Positions 41,205 to 55,357 of a stretch of DNA of 64,000 bases are shown here, in pieces. The notes beneath the pieces were generated by a model. The model ran no database searches, was not told where the DNA came from, and worked only from the letters and a program-made list of their open reading frames with translations. Made by a program: the position numbers and the translations under genes. How positions within the stretch are numbered: position 1 is the first letter of the stretch; every line of letters begins with the position of its first letter. The stretch is from Octopus vulgaris (taxonomy: Eukaryota). The stretch covers positions 15,996,001-16,060,000 of the forward strand of contig OX597834.1 of the NCBI GenBank assembly GCA_951406725.2, given 5' to 3'.

Positions 41205-41349
41205 ATACACATTAAGTACAGGACATCACCAGTGAGTGAAGAATACATAAACACACCAGACATGAGTACAGAACATACTTATCTCTCGTGTGTTTACATA
41301 TTTTTTACTCACTAGTGATGTCCTGTACTTAATGTGTACTTTTAATTAT
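41196..41349. repeat. Foldback element with about 70-bp arms next to (TA)n
   Basis: ATAATTAAAAATACACATTAAGTACAGGACATCAC / GTGATGTCCTGTACTTAATGTGTACTTTTAATTAT. Confidence 0.85.
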
Positions 41350-41393
41350 CTATAATCGAACGCCACATGCCCTTTGTCAACAGTTAAGTTTTT

Positions 41394-41438
<45 letters not shown>

Positions 41439-41439
<1 letters not shown>

Positions 41440-41770
41440 TACAGAGATGTACTTGCATAGCATGTGACCTGATCTGAGATCGTGTGCCAGAACGAAAAGA
41501 ATTGCAGCGTGGAAAGTGTTTATAGCTCATTTAAGAAACACACAAAAACCGTTAGATTCACTTCAACATTTAAATTTAATTTGACAAAATATTTTTGTCT
41601 CTTTGAGACCTCGACCTATTCACTGACAAAATTCTGTGCTGCATGTAGCCCGGAATTTTGTCAAAGCAACGAAAATATTTTGACAAATTAAATTTAAATG
41701 TTGAAGTGAATCTAATGGTTTTTGTGTGTTTCTTAAATGGCTTATAAACACCTTTGATGCTGCAACTGTA
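41439..41770. mobile_element. (TA)n-flanked foldback element with about 95-bp arms and a degenerate variant hammerhead
   Basis: Arms at 41501-41597 and 41670-41767. Same family as 39355-39535 and 61196-61475. Confidence 0.8.
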
Positions 41771-41785
41771 TATATATATATATAT

Positions 41786-42002
41786 ATATATAAAAAGTAA
41801 ATAAATGGCACAACGAAGCACCGATATTTACTGGAAAATGTTCTTCCTAGAGGTAAGACAATATTTTTCATGTTTGTTGCACACACGCGTCTTTACTAGT
41901 ACATACGCAGTGAAGCTATACATTAGCATCGTATTTATTACGTTCGCTATTTTCCAGTAAATATCGGTGCTTCGTTGTGCCATTTATTTACTTTTATATA
42001 TA
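41786..42002. repeat. Inverted-repeat element with about 55-bp arms
   Basis: AAAAGTAAATAAATGGCACAACGAAGCACCGATATTTACTGGAAAAT and its reverse complement. A deleted relative lies at 19178-19245. Confidence 0.85.
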
Positions 42003-42695
42003 TAATTTTAACCTTACGGGCTATCCTTTACTGGAAAGCAATACTCTCGTATTGCATTACTATTTTCATATATATATATATATATCATATACACACACAT
42101 GCACATACATACATACACGCACACATGTATATTGAATATAACAGAATTATTTATGTGCAGGCTACCACTGGTACCATATAAGGAATAATCCTATGGAGGA
42201 CCTATGGTTACCCTTAAGAGACCAAGCCCACGTTTTTCATTATTATTCAACCAGAGTTGATGAAATGTAAGATTAATTACAGTCCGTACCTAGGCTCTAC
42301 TTCCGACATGAAACCAGAGGTAACATACATAAGCACGTGTGTGCCCCGCTCAGTATAAAGTGGATATGTAAACAGAGGCATCTCAGTGCTGGCTGATGAA
42401 TACACCACAAATTGGCACACACCTACATTCATGCGTCTGCATAGTTAGAGATTAACAATTAAACCAGTCAACAAGGGCTTACAGTCAAAAGTTTTTTGTT
42501 ATTTTGCGATCTTGCCATTTCGTCAGTTGTGTTGTTTTGTCACATAGCTGTAAAGCATACACGTATAACTGCTAAGAACAAACAACCACCATACATTTAC
42601 ATTCAGACATTTCATACATACACACACACATATATATATATATATAAATAAATACACACATATATATATAAATACATATATATATATATAAATAC

Positions 42696-42740
<45 letters not shown>

Positions 42741-42858
42741 CATATATATATACATATATATATATGCAACATACTCAAATACACACACACAAATACATGT
42801 ATTATATAAATATATATAAAGTACGCGTGTATCTCTCTATATATATACACGCATGTAT

Positions 42859-42907
<49 letters not shown>

Positions 42908-43429
42908 TACAAGAGTATATATTTAAGTGCATGCACACACAGACACTCAGACATTCGTTCTCTTTCCCCTGGCCACAGACATGTGTATGTTCGTGTGTAT
43001 GTATGCATGTATATATACACATGTGTGTGTGTGTGTGTGTGTGTGTGTATACATATACATATATATATGGGGCAGTGTATATCCATATATGTATGTGTGC
43101 ATGCATGCATATGTGTGTGAATATATATATACACACACACACATACACATACGCGCACACACACACACACACATACACACACACATATTCAGCTGATCAT
43201 CAATTCCTCCATATTCCCTCCAACCACAGATCAACAACAATTCAAAACAAATCTGAACTACATTAACCTCACTCAATCACTTCTAACCCTTGCCCTTCTT
43301 CCTCTCTCCCCCACTCTCCACCCCGACCCCAACCCCACCCACCACCCAGTCTAGCAACATCTCTCATGGCTATGGGCACTTCTCAATCTCTTACTCGGAT
43401 TAACTATTCCAACAACCATATCAATCTGA

Positions 43430-43471
43430 CTTCTATTCTTCTTCTTCTTCTTAATATTATCATTATTATGA

Positions 43472-43502
<31 letters not shown>

Positions 43503-43504
43503 GA

Positions 43505-43535
<31 letters not shown>

Positions 43536-43564
43536 GATCATTATTATTATTATTATTATTATTA

Positions 43565-43602
<38 letters not shown>

Positions 43603-44348
43603 GCTATTATTATTATTACAAATGATATCATCACCATAACTATTATTATTAGTAGTAGTATTTCCATCATCATCATCATCATCAACATCACTATCATTTC
43701 ATCATCATCATCATCACCAACATCATTACTATCTTTATTATTGCTGTTATCATTACTATTATTAGTATTATTGTTACTAGTAATACCATCATCACCATAA
43801 CTATTAATATCATTCTTATTACATGATTATTACTACTAATACTTCTTACCATCATCAGCCTCGTTATCATTATTGCTATTACTATCATTATCATCATTAT
43901 TGCTACTATTATTAGTATCATTACTATTATTATCATTATCAGTGTAACTAGTATTATTATCATTACTACTACTACTATCGTCGTCATCATCATCATTATT
44001 ATTTAATACTTCTATCATTATTATCACTATTATTACTATTACTATTATTATTATTATTATTACTATTATTACTATTATTATCATTATTATCACTATTATT
44101 ATTATTACTATTATTATTATTATTACTATTATTATTACTATTATTACTATTACTATTATTATTATTATTATTACTATTATTATTATTATTATATTATTAC
44201 AATTATTATTATTATTACTATTATTATTATTATTACTATTATTATTACTATTATTATTATTACTATTATTATTATTATTATTATTATTACTATTATTATT
44301 ATTATTATTATTACTTATTATTACAATTATTACTATTATTATTATTAC

Positions 44349-44401
<53 letters not shown>

Positions 44402-44420
44402 CAATTATTATTATTATTAC

Positions 44421-44492
<72 letters not shown>

Positions 44493-44575
44493 AATTATTA
44501 TTTTATTATTACTATTATTATTATTACTATTATTATTATTATTATTACTATTATTACAATTATTATTATTATTAC

Positions 44576-44611
<36 letters not shown>

Positions 44612-44810
44612 AATTATTATTATTATTACTATTATTATTATTATTTATTATTATTATTATTACTATTATTACAATTATTATTATTATTACTATTATTATT
44701 ATTATCATTATTACTATTATTATTATTACTATTATTATTATTACTATTATTATTATTATTATTATTACTATTATTATCATCATCATCATCATCATCATTA
44801 TTATTATTTA
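43430..44810. repeat. Long (ATT/ACT/ATC)n microsatellite
   Basis: Seen directly. Confidence 0.95.
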
Positions 44811-45757
44811 CTGTCAGAAATGCTACAATAGTACTCAGACTAAATTGCCCATTCATTGCAAGTTCTCAAACTCAACTTTCATGCAAGGTTCTTTTTCTTT
44901 TTCTTTTTTTCCTTTTCTTTCTTCATCATTTCAATTTTCCTTTTCATCCCTCCGGGATCAACAAATGATGTAGCAACCACAATATACCACCACCACCCCC
45001 ACCCACACACACTCTCCCACCCTGTATCAATATAGCAAACCACCCCTTGTAAGTTTAATGCCTTGCACTGGATATTGCATTCTGCACTTGTGGTGGTGGT
45101 GGTGGTGGTGGTGGTTGTGGGGGGACGTCTGATAAAATAAGGAGCAGTTAAGTACTGGAGGTAGGGGTAGGGTGGGGGAAGGAGTTATATTAATAACTCT
45201 ATTATTATTATTTTTTAAAAGTGCAGAATGGCAGACACTCAATGAAGGAGGAGAAGAAGAAGAAGAAGAAGAAGAAGAAAATTATGAAGAAGAAGAAGAA
45301 GAAGAAGAAAGTGAAGAAGAAGAAGTGATGAAGAAGAAGAAATGATGAAGAAGAAAAAGTGAAGAAGAAGAAAAAGTGAAGAAGAAGAAGTGATGAAGAA
45401 GAAGAAGTGAAGAAAAAGACAAAGAAGTGATGAAGAAGAAGAAGTGATGAAGAAGACAAGAAGAAGTGATGAAGAAGATGAACAAGAAGTGATGATGAAG
45501 AAGAAGAAGAAGAAGAAGAAGTGATGAAAAAGAAGAAGATGTAAACACACCAACAATGGTTGTCAAGTCATGATGGGGAACAAACACAGACACACAAATA
45601 CATACATATGTATACAGTGGGATTCTTACAGTTTCTGTCTACTAAATCCACTCACAGGGCTTTGGTCAGCCTGAGGCTATATTAGAAGACGCTTTTCCCA
45701 AAATGCCATGCAGTAGAACTGAACCCAGAACCAAGCAGTTGGGAAGTAACCTTCTTA

Positions 45758-45980
45758 TTTCTTTACTACCCACAAGGGGCTAAACACAGAGGGGACAAAC
45801 AAGGACAAACGGATTCAGTCCATTACATCATCCCCAGTGCATAACTGGTACTTAATTTATCAACCCTGAAAGGATGAAAGGTAAAGACGACCTCAGCGGA
45901 ATTTGAACTCAGAACATAGCGACAGATGAAATACCACTAAGCATTTCGCCCAGCGTGCTAATGTTTCAGCCAGTTCACTG
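45758..45980 (-). mobile_element. SINE family B nested in a SINE A (45545-46010)
   Basis: CCTTCTTA is duplicated at 45750-45757 and 45981-45988. Confidence 0.85.
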
Positions 45981-46095
45981 CCTTCTTACCACACAACCAC
46001 TCCTGCACCTTTACAAGTATAGTAGTACCTCGGTTTTCGAACAACTCTGATCATGAATAAATCATGCTTTTTATATATATATATATATATGTATG

Positions 46096-46400
46096 TGATC
46101 ACCATGACCGACCAGGCTATCAGATGTTGCTACTCATCGCTGGTCACAATGTGCCTCGCATTGTTTTAGCCTTCGAATGACGCTACCCCACTGGCTAAGT
46201 GAGCAGGCCAACAGAAGAAAGAGTGAGAGAAAGTTGTGGTGAAAGAGTACAGCAGGGATCACCACCACCCCTTGTTGGAGCTTCGTGGAGCTTTAGGTGT
46301 TTTCACTCAATAAATACTCACAACGCCCAGTCTGGGAATCGAAACAGCGATCCTACAACCGCGAGTCCGCTGCCCTAACCACTGGGCCAATGCACCTCCA
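46096..46400 (-). mobile_element. SINE family E
   Basis: Homologous to 21928-22240. Confidence 0.85.
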
Positions 46401-46521
46401 CACACACACACACACACATATAAATATATATAGGGAAATTTTACGAAAAAACAAAAGACGAAGACAGGTGGTGTACAAAACAAACAGATGTATTAGTATA
46501 GTGCTCAGGAATAGAAAAAGT

Positions 46522-46557
46522 CTTTTACGTTTCGAGCCTACGCTCTTCTACAGAAAG
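46522..46557 (-). ncRNA. Minimal type-I hammerhead motif (A6U, likely inactive)
   Basis: CTTT-CTGTAGA-A-GAGC-gtag-GCTC-GAAA-CG-TA-AAAG. Confidence 0.6.
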
Positions 46558-46849
46558 GGACACAGAAAAAAACAAGGAGAGAAAAAGGAGAGAAAAAAAT
46601 GTGTGTAGTGGCTAACGATATATATATAGAGAGAGAGATTGATAGATAGATAAATATATAAAGCACAATTTATTTGTGATCAGAGGCGTTCATAAACCAA
46701 GGTATTACTGTATACATGTGCTGCATTTATTACATATATTGAATAAGACCACCTCCATCATAAAGACACAAAATGCTAGCCACAAAGTTGGTACCAATAA
46801 AAATGCAGTTCTTCAACCATCAAATTTCTTAGATAAAGTAACACTTTAA

Positions 46850-47113
46850 ACCTTTAGCACTCAAACTGACCATATCTGATCCAAATATTTTACCTCTGTA
46901 TGTTTAAACTAGCCATATCAGGCCCAAGTATTCTACCTTTTCTATGTTGAAACCTGCCAGATCCAGCCTCTCTCACCTACCCTAGAATATCATTCTAAAA
47001 ATAAACAATCATATCATTGAAAAGTCAAAGCTATCAAATAATGTGTAATTAATTCGAAACAAGGTGAATAAACAAACATTACATTTTGGCAGAGTAATCT
47101 GAATGTTAAAGGG
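46850..47113. mobile_element. piggyBac-type MITE
   Basis: TTAA|ACCTTTAGCACTC ... GAATGTTAAAGGG|TAAA: imperfect TIRs and a degenerate TTAA target site. Confidence 0.6.
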
Positions 47114-47517
47114 TAAAGTGGAATGGGAAAAGAGGGAAGATATATTATATAGAATAATTACATTTGGACAGGTACAATTATAAACACAGTCACAAATCTA
47201 AGGACAAAATAAAAATAAGAGCCAAAAATATAAATTTGAATGACAATGATAAGAATACAAACACCAATAATGGTAACTCATTTCAGTATTAACCAAAAGG
47301 AAGGTGATAGGCATGGATATACCTAAGTTAAAAATATAAAAGTTTGCATGGCAAAAACGTGGTACAAAAACAAGTGCCTCCTGCTTGAGGTAAATCAGAA
47401 AAGTGAATGCCTCATTTATTGCTGAATTAATCCAAGAAAGGCTGATGATAAATTTGAACTCAGAACGTTTAGATGGAGAAAATGCTGCTAAGTGTGCCAG
47501 CAGAATTGCTGGCATAC

Positions 47518-47569
<52 letters not shown>

Positions 47570-47573
<4 letters not shown>

Positions 47574-47792
47574 TCGTATTAACTGGAACGGCTCATGTAC
47601 TGAGAAGAGCACTATCGCTGTGAAAATAACATCCATCCATGAATTTATTTATTTATTAATTTTTAAATACATATTTTATCTGTGAATTTGCGTGTGTAAT
47701 CTGGGAATGCATACAATGCCCTTCTCTGCCCTAGGTATATGGAAAACACTCGGCGAGAAACGGAAGAAAATTTGAAGAAAGAAGGAAAAAAC
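47570..47792 (+). mobile_element. R4/Dong-like non-LTR retrotransposon 3' end within (TAA)n
   Basis: Translates KIVLTGTAHVLRRALSL*. The 3' UTR is similar to 55570-55737, and (TAA)n lies on both sides. Confidence 0.8.
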
Positions 47793-47814
47793 ATAATAAT
47801 AATGATAATAATAA

Positions 47815-48036
47815 TAATCCTTTCTACCACAGGCACAAGGCATGAAATTTTGTAGGGAGGGAACCAGTCAATTACACCGACCCCGGTGTTTTACTGGTAC
47901 TTAATTTATCGACCTCACCAAAAGGATGAAAGGCAAAGTCGACCCCAGTGGCATTTGAACTCAGAACATTAAAGACAGATGAAATGCCACTAAGCATTTC
48001 ACCCAGCATGCTAACGATTCTTGCAGCTTGCTGCCT
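47815..48036 (-). mobile_element. SINE family B-related copy
   Basis: Shares GAGTTCAAATGCC...GTCGACTTTGCCTTTCATCCTTT...GTCGATAAATTAAGTACC. Confidence 0.8.
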
Positions 48037-48456
48037 TAATAATAATAATGATGATGATGATGATGATGATGATATTGATATCATTTCCTTTTTATAATCA
48101 TAATGATATCTGACATAAAAGGGCAGTCAATTACCTCGACCTTGCACTCGTCTGGTTCTTTATTTCAACAACTCTGTAAAACATCCTAACTCAATACTAC
48201 ATTCTGAACATCCCCTTCACTGATTTCTTTAAATAATAATAATAATAACAATGATGATAATAATGGTAATGATAATCATAGAAGAAAAACAAAACTGTGG
48301 AAGACTAAGGGGAAAAAAAAAACGGAAACAAAAAGATACACAATAATTCCCAACACCAAAATTATGAATACACAAAAATAAACCAAGAGACCAGACATTT
48401 TTCATGTTTATTTATACTTGGTTTCAGATCAAAATAATAATAATAATAATAATAAT

Positions 48457-48506
<50 letters not shown>

Positions 48507-48648
48507 TAATAATAATAATAAAAATAATAATGATAATAATAATAATAACAATAATAATAATAATGATAATAATAATAATAATAATGATAATAATAATAAT
48601 AATAATAACGATAATAATAATAATAATGATAATAATAATAATAATAAC

Positions 48649-48684
<36 letters not shown>

Positions 48685-49490
48685 AATAATACTGATGATG
48701 ATGATACAAAATAACTGATCGATCAATGATGGCAAGGAGAGGTGGTGGTGGTGGTGGTGACAAGAGGTGACGGGAGAGGGAAACGGAGCATGATGTGGAT
48801 GGTGGGCGTGGAGGTTAGGGTGGGAGAGTCATTTGGAGTATTAAGAGAGATTAACAAAAGACATGGTAATTAAGTGCCATCTATCTAAGATAAGCACTCG
48901 AAAACTGACACCTTACACAGAAACTGACACACAGACAGACAGACAGACAAACAGACAGGCAGGCAAGAATTAATAATCTCCTTACATGGCGCTAGAGAAA
49001 GAGGGGGGGAGAGAGGGAGAGCAAGGCAGAGGTGTAGAGGGCAAAAGGTGGGGCGAGGGGGAGAGTTGATCAGAGCTGAGGTGGGTGTGGAGTGGGGAAT
49101 GGAGGGGGGCAAGAGGGACAGGTTAACGAAACAAAAGACTGAAATGTAATAAATGTTGAAGTTGAATACTGGAAAAACATCGAAGCAAACATCGAAGACA
49201 AGCTTCTTTTGTTGTGTGTGTCCGTGTGTCCGTGTGTGTGTCTGTGTGTGCAGGTATAATTAAGAAAGAAGAAATTATATAAATTGTTGCCGTGCAAAGA
49301 AAGAAAAAAAAAACTAAGAAACGAAATATAAAAAAAAACCAGCCACGGTTGCGTGGTAAGAAGCTTGCTTCCCAACCACATGGTTCTGGGTTCAGTCTCA
49401 GTGAGTGGCACCTCGGTCAAATGTCTTCTACTGTAGCCTCAGGCCAACCGAAGCCTTCTGAGTCGATTTGATAAATAGAAACTGAAAGAA

Positions 49491-49685
49491 GGTGGCGAGC
49501 TGGCAGAAACTTTAGCACAGTGGGCGAAATGCTTAGCAGTATTTTGTCTGCCGCTACGTTCTGGGTTCAAATTCCGCCGAGATTGACTTTGCCTTTCATC
49601 ATTTTGGGGTCAATCTAATCGACTTAATCCCTTTGTCCTTGTTTGTACCCTCTATGTTTAGCCCCTTGTGGGCAATAAAGAAATA
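49491..49685 (+). mobile_element. SINE family B nested in a SINE A, 14-bp TSD
   Basis: AGAAACTGAAAGAA at 49477-49490 and 49686-49699. Confidence 0.9.
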
Positions 49686-50212
49686 AGAAACTGAAAGAAG
49701 CCCATCATATATATATATATACATAATTATAACAATAAGGGTCTTTGCAACAAGTTGCTTGACCACATACCGAAATGTTGCAAAGACACTTATTGTTATA
49801 ATTATATAAACCTTTACTGAATATGGTCCTTTTCCATACTGAAATACTACTTGGTGAAATTTGTTGATTTTATGAAATTAATTATATTTCACCCTTTATC
49901 TATCTATCAATATATATATATATATATGATGCATGTATGTATGCTTGTATTTATGTGTGTGTGTGTGTCTGTCTGTCTGTCCCCCGCCATCATTTGACAC
50001 CTGGTTTTGGTGTGTTTACATCCCCATAACTTAACAGTTTGGCAAAAGAGACCAATAGAGTAAGTACTAGGCTTGCAAAGAATAAGTCCTGAGTTCAATT
50101 TTTTAATCAAAACCTTTTTTTCAATCATACCTCCAGTATGGCCACAACCAAATGACTGAAACAAGTAAAAGAATGAAAGAATAAAAACATAAAAGAATAA
50201 ATATGAGTCGGC

Positions 50213-50590
50213 AAGGCTGTGTTGTTAAGAAGCTTGCTTTGCAACCAAGAGGTTCTGGGTTCAGTCCCGCTGTGTGGCACTTTGAGCAGGTGTTGTCTAC
50301 CACAGCCCTGGTCCAACCAATGACTGAAGCCAATTTTGTAGACAAAAACTGTGCAGAAGCCTGACATGTGTGTGTGTGTTTGTGTCTGCCTCACCACCAC
50401 CACTGTCACTGTTGCTTTATTTACATCCCTGTAACTTAGCAGTTTGACAAAAGCAACTAATAGAATAAGTAACAGACTTTAAAAATAGAAAAAAAATATG
50501 TACTGGGGCTGATATCTTCATTTAAAACCATTCAAGCTGGTGCTCCAGCTTGGCTGCAGTTTAATGAAGGAAACAGGTAAAAAAAAAAGA
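50213..50590 (+). mobile_element. Divergent SINE family A
   Basis: Head and tail similarity to the family. Confidence 0.7.
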
Positions 50591-51098
50591 TATTATTGTT
50601 GTCACTGATCTCTGATCCAGTCCTGAAGAGAAGACCAAAAGAATTCCAGGCATGGTAACTGAGTAAAAGTAAAAAAGGATTCCTGGTTTCCCCGGTGAAT
50701 AAATTCCCTACCTGAATAGGACACTGGTCAGTCGTAAGATTAATTGTTTTTGCCCACTAAGTGGACTGGAGCAACATGAAATGACGTGTTTTGCTCAAGA
50801 ATACAACATATTGCCCGGCCCAGGAGTCGAAACCATAATCTTACAATCATGAGTTCAACACCCCTAACCACTAAGCTACATGTCTCTACAATAAAATTGT
50901 CCTTCTTGAGTCATAAGGCTGACTAATAAGGGCTGGTTTCCTGAACAGGACACTGGTCCATCACAGGATTAATCATTTTTGCCAGCTGAACGGGAAGGAG
51001 GAACATGAAATGAAGTGTCTTGCTCAAGAACAACAACATGTCACCCAGTCCAGGAATCGAAACCACAATCTTACAATCATGAGTCCAGCACTCTAACC

Positions 51099-51230
51099 CA
51101 GTGTTTCTCAACCTTTTTACCCTTGTGTAACCCTTAAAATAAATTACATGTCTCGAGGAACCCCAGCACAAAAAAAATTATATACCATGTCTTTCTCATA
51201 TTTTTTCATCATAGTTCACATGGTAAATAT
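51099..51230 (+). mobile_element. hAT-like element 5' fragment
   Basis: Starts CAGTGTTTCTCAACCTTTT, a Charlie/hAT-type terminus; no partner TIR found. Confidence 0.5.
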
Positions 51231-51499
51231 ATATATATATATACACTCTGAGAGTGTAGTGAGTGTTGTTTACGTGCCACCGGCAGAGGTGCCAGTCGAT
51301 CGGATGGTGCTTTTTACGTGCCACTGGCACGGGGGTCACGCGAGGCTGGCAATGGCCACAATCGCATGGTGCTTTTTATGTGCCACCGGCACAGAGGCCA
51401 GTCGGGGCAGCGCTGGCAATGGCCACGTTCAGCTGGCTCTCTTACGTGCCCCTGGCATGGTATCACAGCTACAATTTCCATTGATGTTGATCGATTTCG

Positions 51500-51537
<38 letters not shown>

Positions 51538-51763
51538 ATGAAAAGGAACACACGAGTTGATATGTATGAAAAAACAAGTCAGGATAGAAAATGCTAAAAT
51601 AATTTTATAAAGAACATTCAACCTCGAACCCACAAGAGTAAACAAAAGAGACAGAGACAGGCAGAAACAAGGAAAATGCCACTTATATTTGAACACTATA
51701 CAAATATTCTTTTTAAAAAAACTTTTCTTTTAATTTTTCCAAAATTTAATTATTTAATTGTTA

Positions 51764-51799
51764 CAGTTGAAAAAGTCTCAATGACTGAAACCGGTACTG
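51764..51799 (+). ncRNA. Minimal hammerhead motif, U3:A8 variant, inside inverted-repeat element 51568-51851
   Basis: CAG-TTGAAAA-AGTC-tcaat-GACT-GAAA-CCGG-TA-CTG. Confidence 0.55.
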
Positions 51800-51858
51800 A
51801 AATGTTCTTTATAAAATTATTTTGGCATTTTCCATCCTGACTTGTTTTTTCACATATA

Positions 51859-51908
<50 letters not shown>

Positions 51909-51962
51909 CACATACACACACACAAATCTATTATTGTGGTGCTTTTCATTTCTCCCTTTATG

Positions 51963-52003
<41 letters not shown>

Positions 52004-52090
52004 GGCTTCTTTCTTTCTTTCCTGTCCTTTTTCATGGGTAAATTCTAAGCAAACAATAGAGGCAGATATTTTCTTTTGAAATATTGGTTA

Positions 52091-52151
<61 letters not shown>

Positions 52152-52703
52152 GAGCATTGTTGCTAGATTCACATAATAACTAAGAAAATGCCTTTTCTTT
52201 ATTTCCTAGGGTTTAAGGCAATTGTCTTTGGTATGCACGGGGGAGGGGGGTCCCTTTAGAAAAACACTTGCATGGCCATAGTTACATAGCAATACTATCA
52301 TCATCATCATCATCATTACCACTACCATTACAATCAGCATCATTATCATCACCATTATTATGATTACTGCACCACCACCACCATCATTGCCACTACCATC
52401 ATCACCAACAATACCACCACACCACCACCATCACTACAATCATCATCAAAAACCGTAACCACCACCACCACCATCATCCTCACTATCGTCATCAGCACCA
52501 CCACCACTGCCACAATCACCAACACCACCATTGCCACCATCAGCACCACCAACACCACTAGAATCATTATCATCATCAAAATCACACCACCACCACCACT
52601 AAACATCACCATGACCACCACCACAAAACTCCACCACCATTATTATGACCACTGTAATCACCATCTTCATTGCCAGAATCATTATCATGATCTTCATCAT
52701 CAC

Positions 52704-52739
<36 letters not shown>

Positions 52740-53342
52740 AGCACTCGCCACCACCACCACCAAAAACATTGCACATTTTGTTTCTTTAACAGAACCTGAA
52801 TAGAAAATCATAACAAGGCCGTTTATGACAGCTTCCGTTCCCCCACCTGCCCATCCTTATCCCCACCCCCTGTGAGATAAGGAAACTTTGAAAGGAGTCA
52901 GAGCAGGGGGAGGAGAAGGTGGAAGAATTGGTCGGGTGGGGTGGAGGAGGGACTATTTATAACTTTGTTTCTTTTTGTAAATTTTTAAATACCGAAAGAA
53001 GAAGAAAAGAAAAACAGAAAGCAAACACAAAGGAAACTTTTTTGTTTTTGAAAGCAAAATAAGAAAAAAGAGGGAGGGTGGGAAGAAAAAAAAATTAATT
53101 TAAAACAAAATCTCGACCACAACCCACCATGACCACCACTTCCAATAACACCACCAACAACAACAGCTATTATCATTATGAAACACATTCAAACTTAACT
53201 ACAATAGAAAATTAATTTAAATATTTTTATAAAATGCCCAGGGCTTCCTTGTTAACCATTTTAACATCCCATCCAACAACAAACAACCTAATCTCTTTTA
53301 TACACACATTACATATACATATACATATACATACATATATAT

Positions 53343-53382
<40 letters not shown>

Positions 53383-53431
53383 TCTAAATATATATATATA
53401 CATATATATATATATAAACACATGCACACAC

Positions 53432-53505
<74 letters not shown>

Positions 53506-53892
53506 GTTTATATATACACACAAGCATACCCACTCACAGCTGGACACCAATTAACTTGCTTGGATATCTTTACAAATTGTTTAGTTTTGATTCTATAAAC
53601 ACACACCACATTCACACCACGTAACACACACACACACATATATATATAAGCACACACATACATACAAATAGACATACATACACACACATATATATACATA
53701 TATACACACATATATATATATATATATACACATACATATATATACATATATACACATATATATATATAGGTATACATACATACACGTATACAAACACATT
53801 TATGTACATATATATATATATATACATACATATACATATATACACATATATATATATAGGTATACACACATACACGTATACAAACACATTTA

Positions 53893-53936
<44 letters not shown>

Positions 53937-54474
53937 CACTCACACACACACACAAAGTTCACATCATACACCAACACACATACAGCACAACACACAACAC
54001 CAATAGACATATATACACACACATATAAATATACATATATACACATACATATATATATACATATATACACATATATATATATAGGCATACACACACATTT
54101 ATGTACATATATATATATATATACATACACTCACACACATGCACAAAGTACACATCATACACCAACACACACGTACATCATAGAATGCACACACAATGCG
54201 TGTACCATACAAACTCCATAATACACACATACAGCACAACACACACAACACCAATACATCCATCACACCTACACAATAAAACACATACATACACACTGCA
54301 TACACAACACTAAACATATACACACGCATACATTGACATGTGTAAATACAACACTACGTGCACCAAGCACACATGGCATAAAACAAACCATACATGTCTG
54401 CCACACACACACACACACAAACATGCACACTCAAGTAGGAGAGTTTCAATACAGTTACCAAATTCTATTGTAAA

Positions 54475-54795
54475 GGCTCGTGGCTCAGTAGTTAGGGTAT
54501 TCGGCTCAGGATCGTAAGGACGTGAGTTCAATTCCTGGCCGTGCATTCTGTCCTTGAGCAGCACATTTTATTTCATGTTGCTCCAATCCAGTCAGCTGGG
54601 AAATATGGGTCGTAGGTATAATTCAAAGGACCAGCCTTGTTGCATTCTGTGTCTCGCTGAATCTCCCTGAGAACTACGTTATGGTTACGTGTGTCTGTGG
54701 AGTGCTCAGCCACTTGCACATCAATTTCACAAGGAGGCTGTTCCATTGATCGAATCAAGTGGAACACTTGTAGTCATAACTGACCGAGTCCCAGT
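54475..54795 (+). mobile_element. SINE family D2
   Basis: Homologous to 10978-11297. Confidence 0.85.
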
Positions 54796-54854
54796 CTAAA
54801 TTCTGTTCCCTGCATTGTATCAGCCAAATCTCACTCAATAAACTGCCAACTGGG

Positions 54855-55287
54855 TTTAAAAAGCTGCCACAGAACTGCTATTATTAGAAGTAAGAAGGTC
54901 AGGCTTGTGTAGGATGAAAGATTACAAAGATAAAGCACTATACAAGCAATTGAAAACAAATGAAACTGAAAACAGGTGGGTAAAGAAAAGAATGCTTGGA
55001 CAATTTCATAGGGATGTTGAAGATAAGACAGACAGAGAAAAAAGATGGCTATGGATGACTAAAAGTGATTTAAAATCGGAAACGGAAGAGCATTGTCGAT
55101 GTGAGAACTATTACTACCCATGTATTTTAATTTAACTTTATTTCTATCAAGAAAAAAAAAATCTGGACGAACTAGTGAGTTTAGTTTAATGGCCTACCAA
55201 TGTATACTATGAGTTTCTTTGCCCTAGGAGTCGGGAAGACACTCGGCAAGAAATGGAAGCAAATTTGAAAGAAGAAGAAAAACCCAT
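54855..55287 (+). mobile_element. R4/Dong-like retrotransposon fragment with an internal deletion
   Basis: Translates WVKKRMLGQFHRDVEDKTDREKRWLWMTKSDLKSETE (pre-CCHC region of R4-clade ORFs) fused to the ORF end and 3' UTR, followed by (TAA)n. Confidence 0.8.
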
Positions 55288-55288
55288 A

Positions 55289-55338
<50 letters not shown>

Positions 55339-55357
55339 TAATAATAATAACAATAAT

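Noticed and set aside
43366-44856. Poly-Ile and poly-Asn ORFs
   Set aside because: (ATT)n microsatellite.
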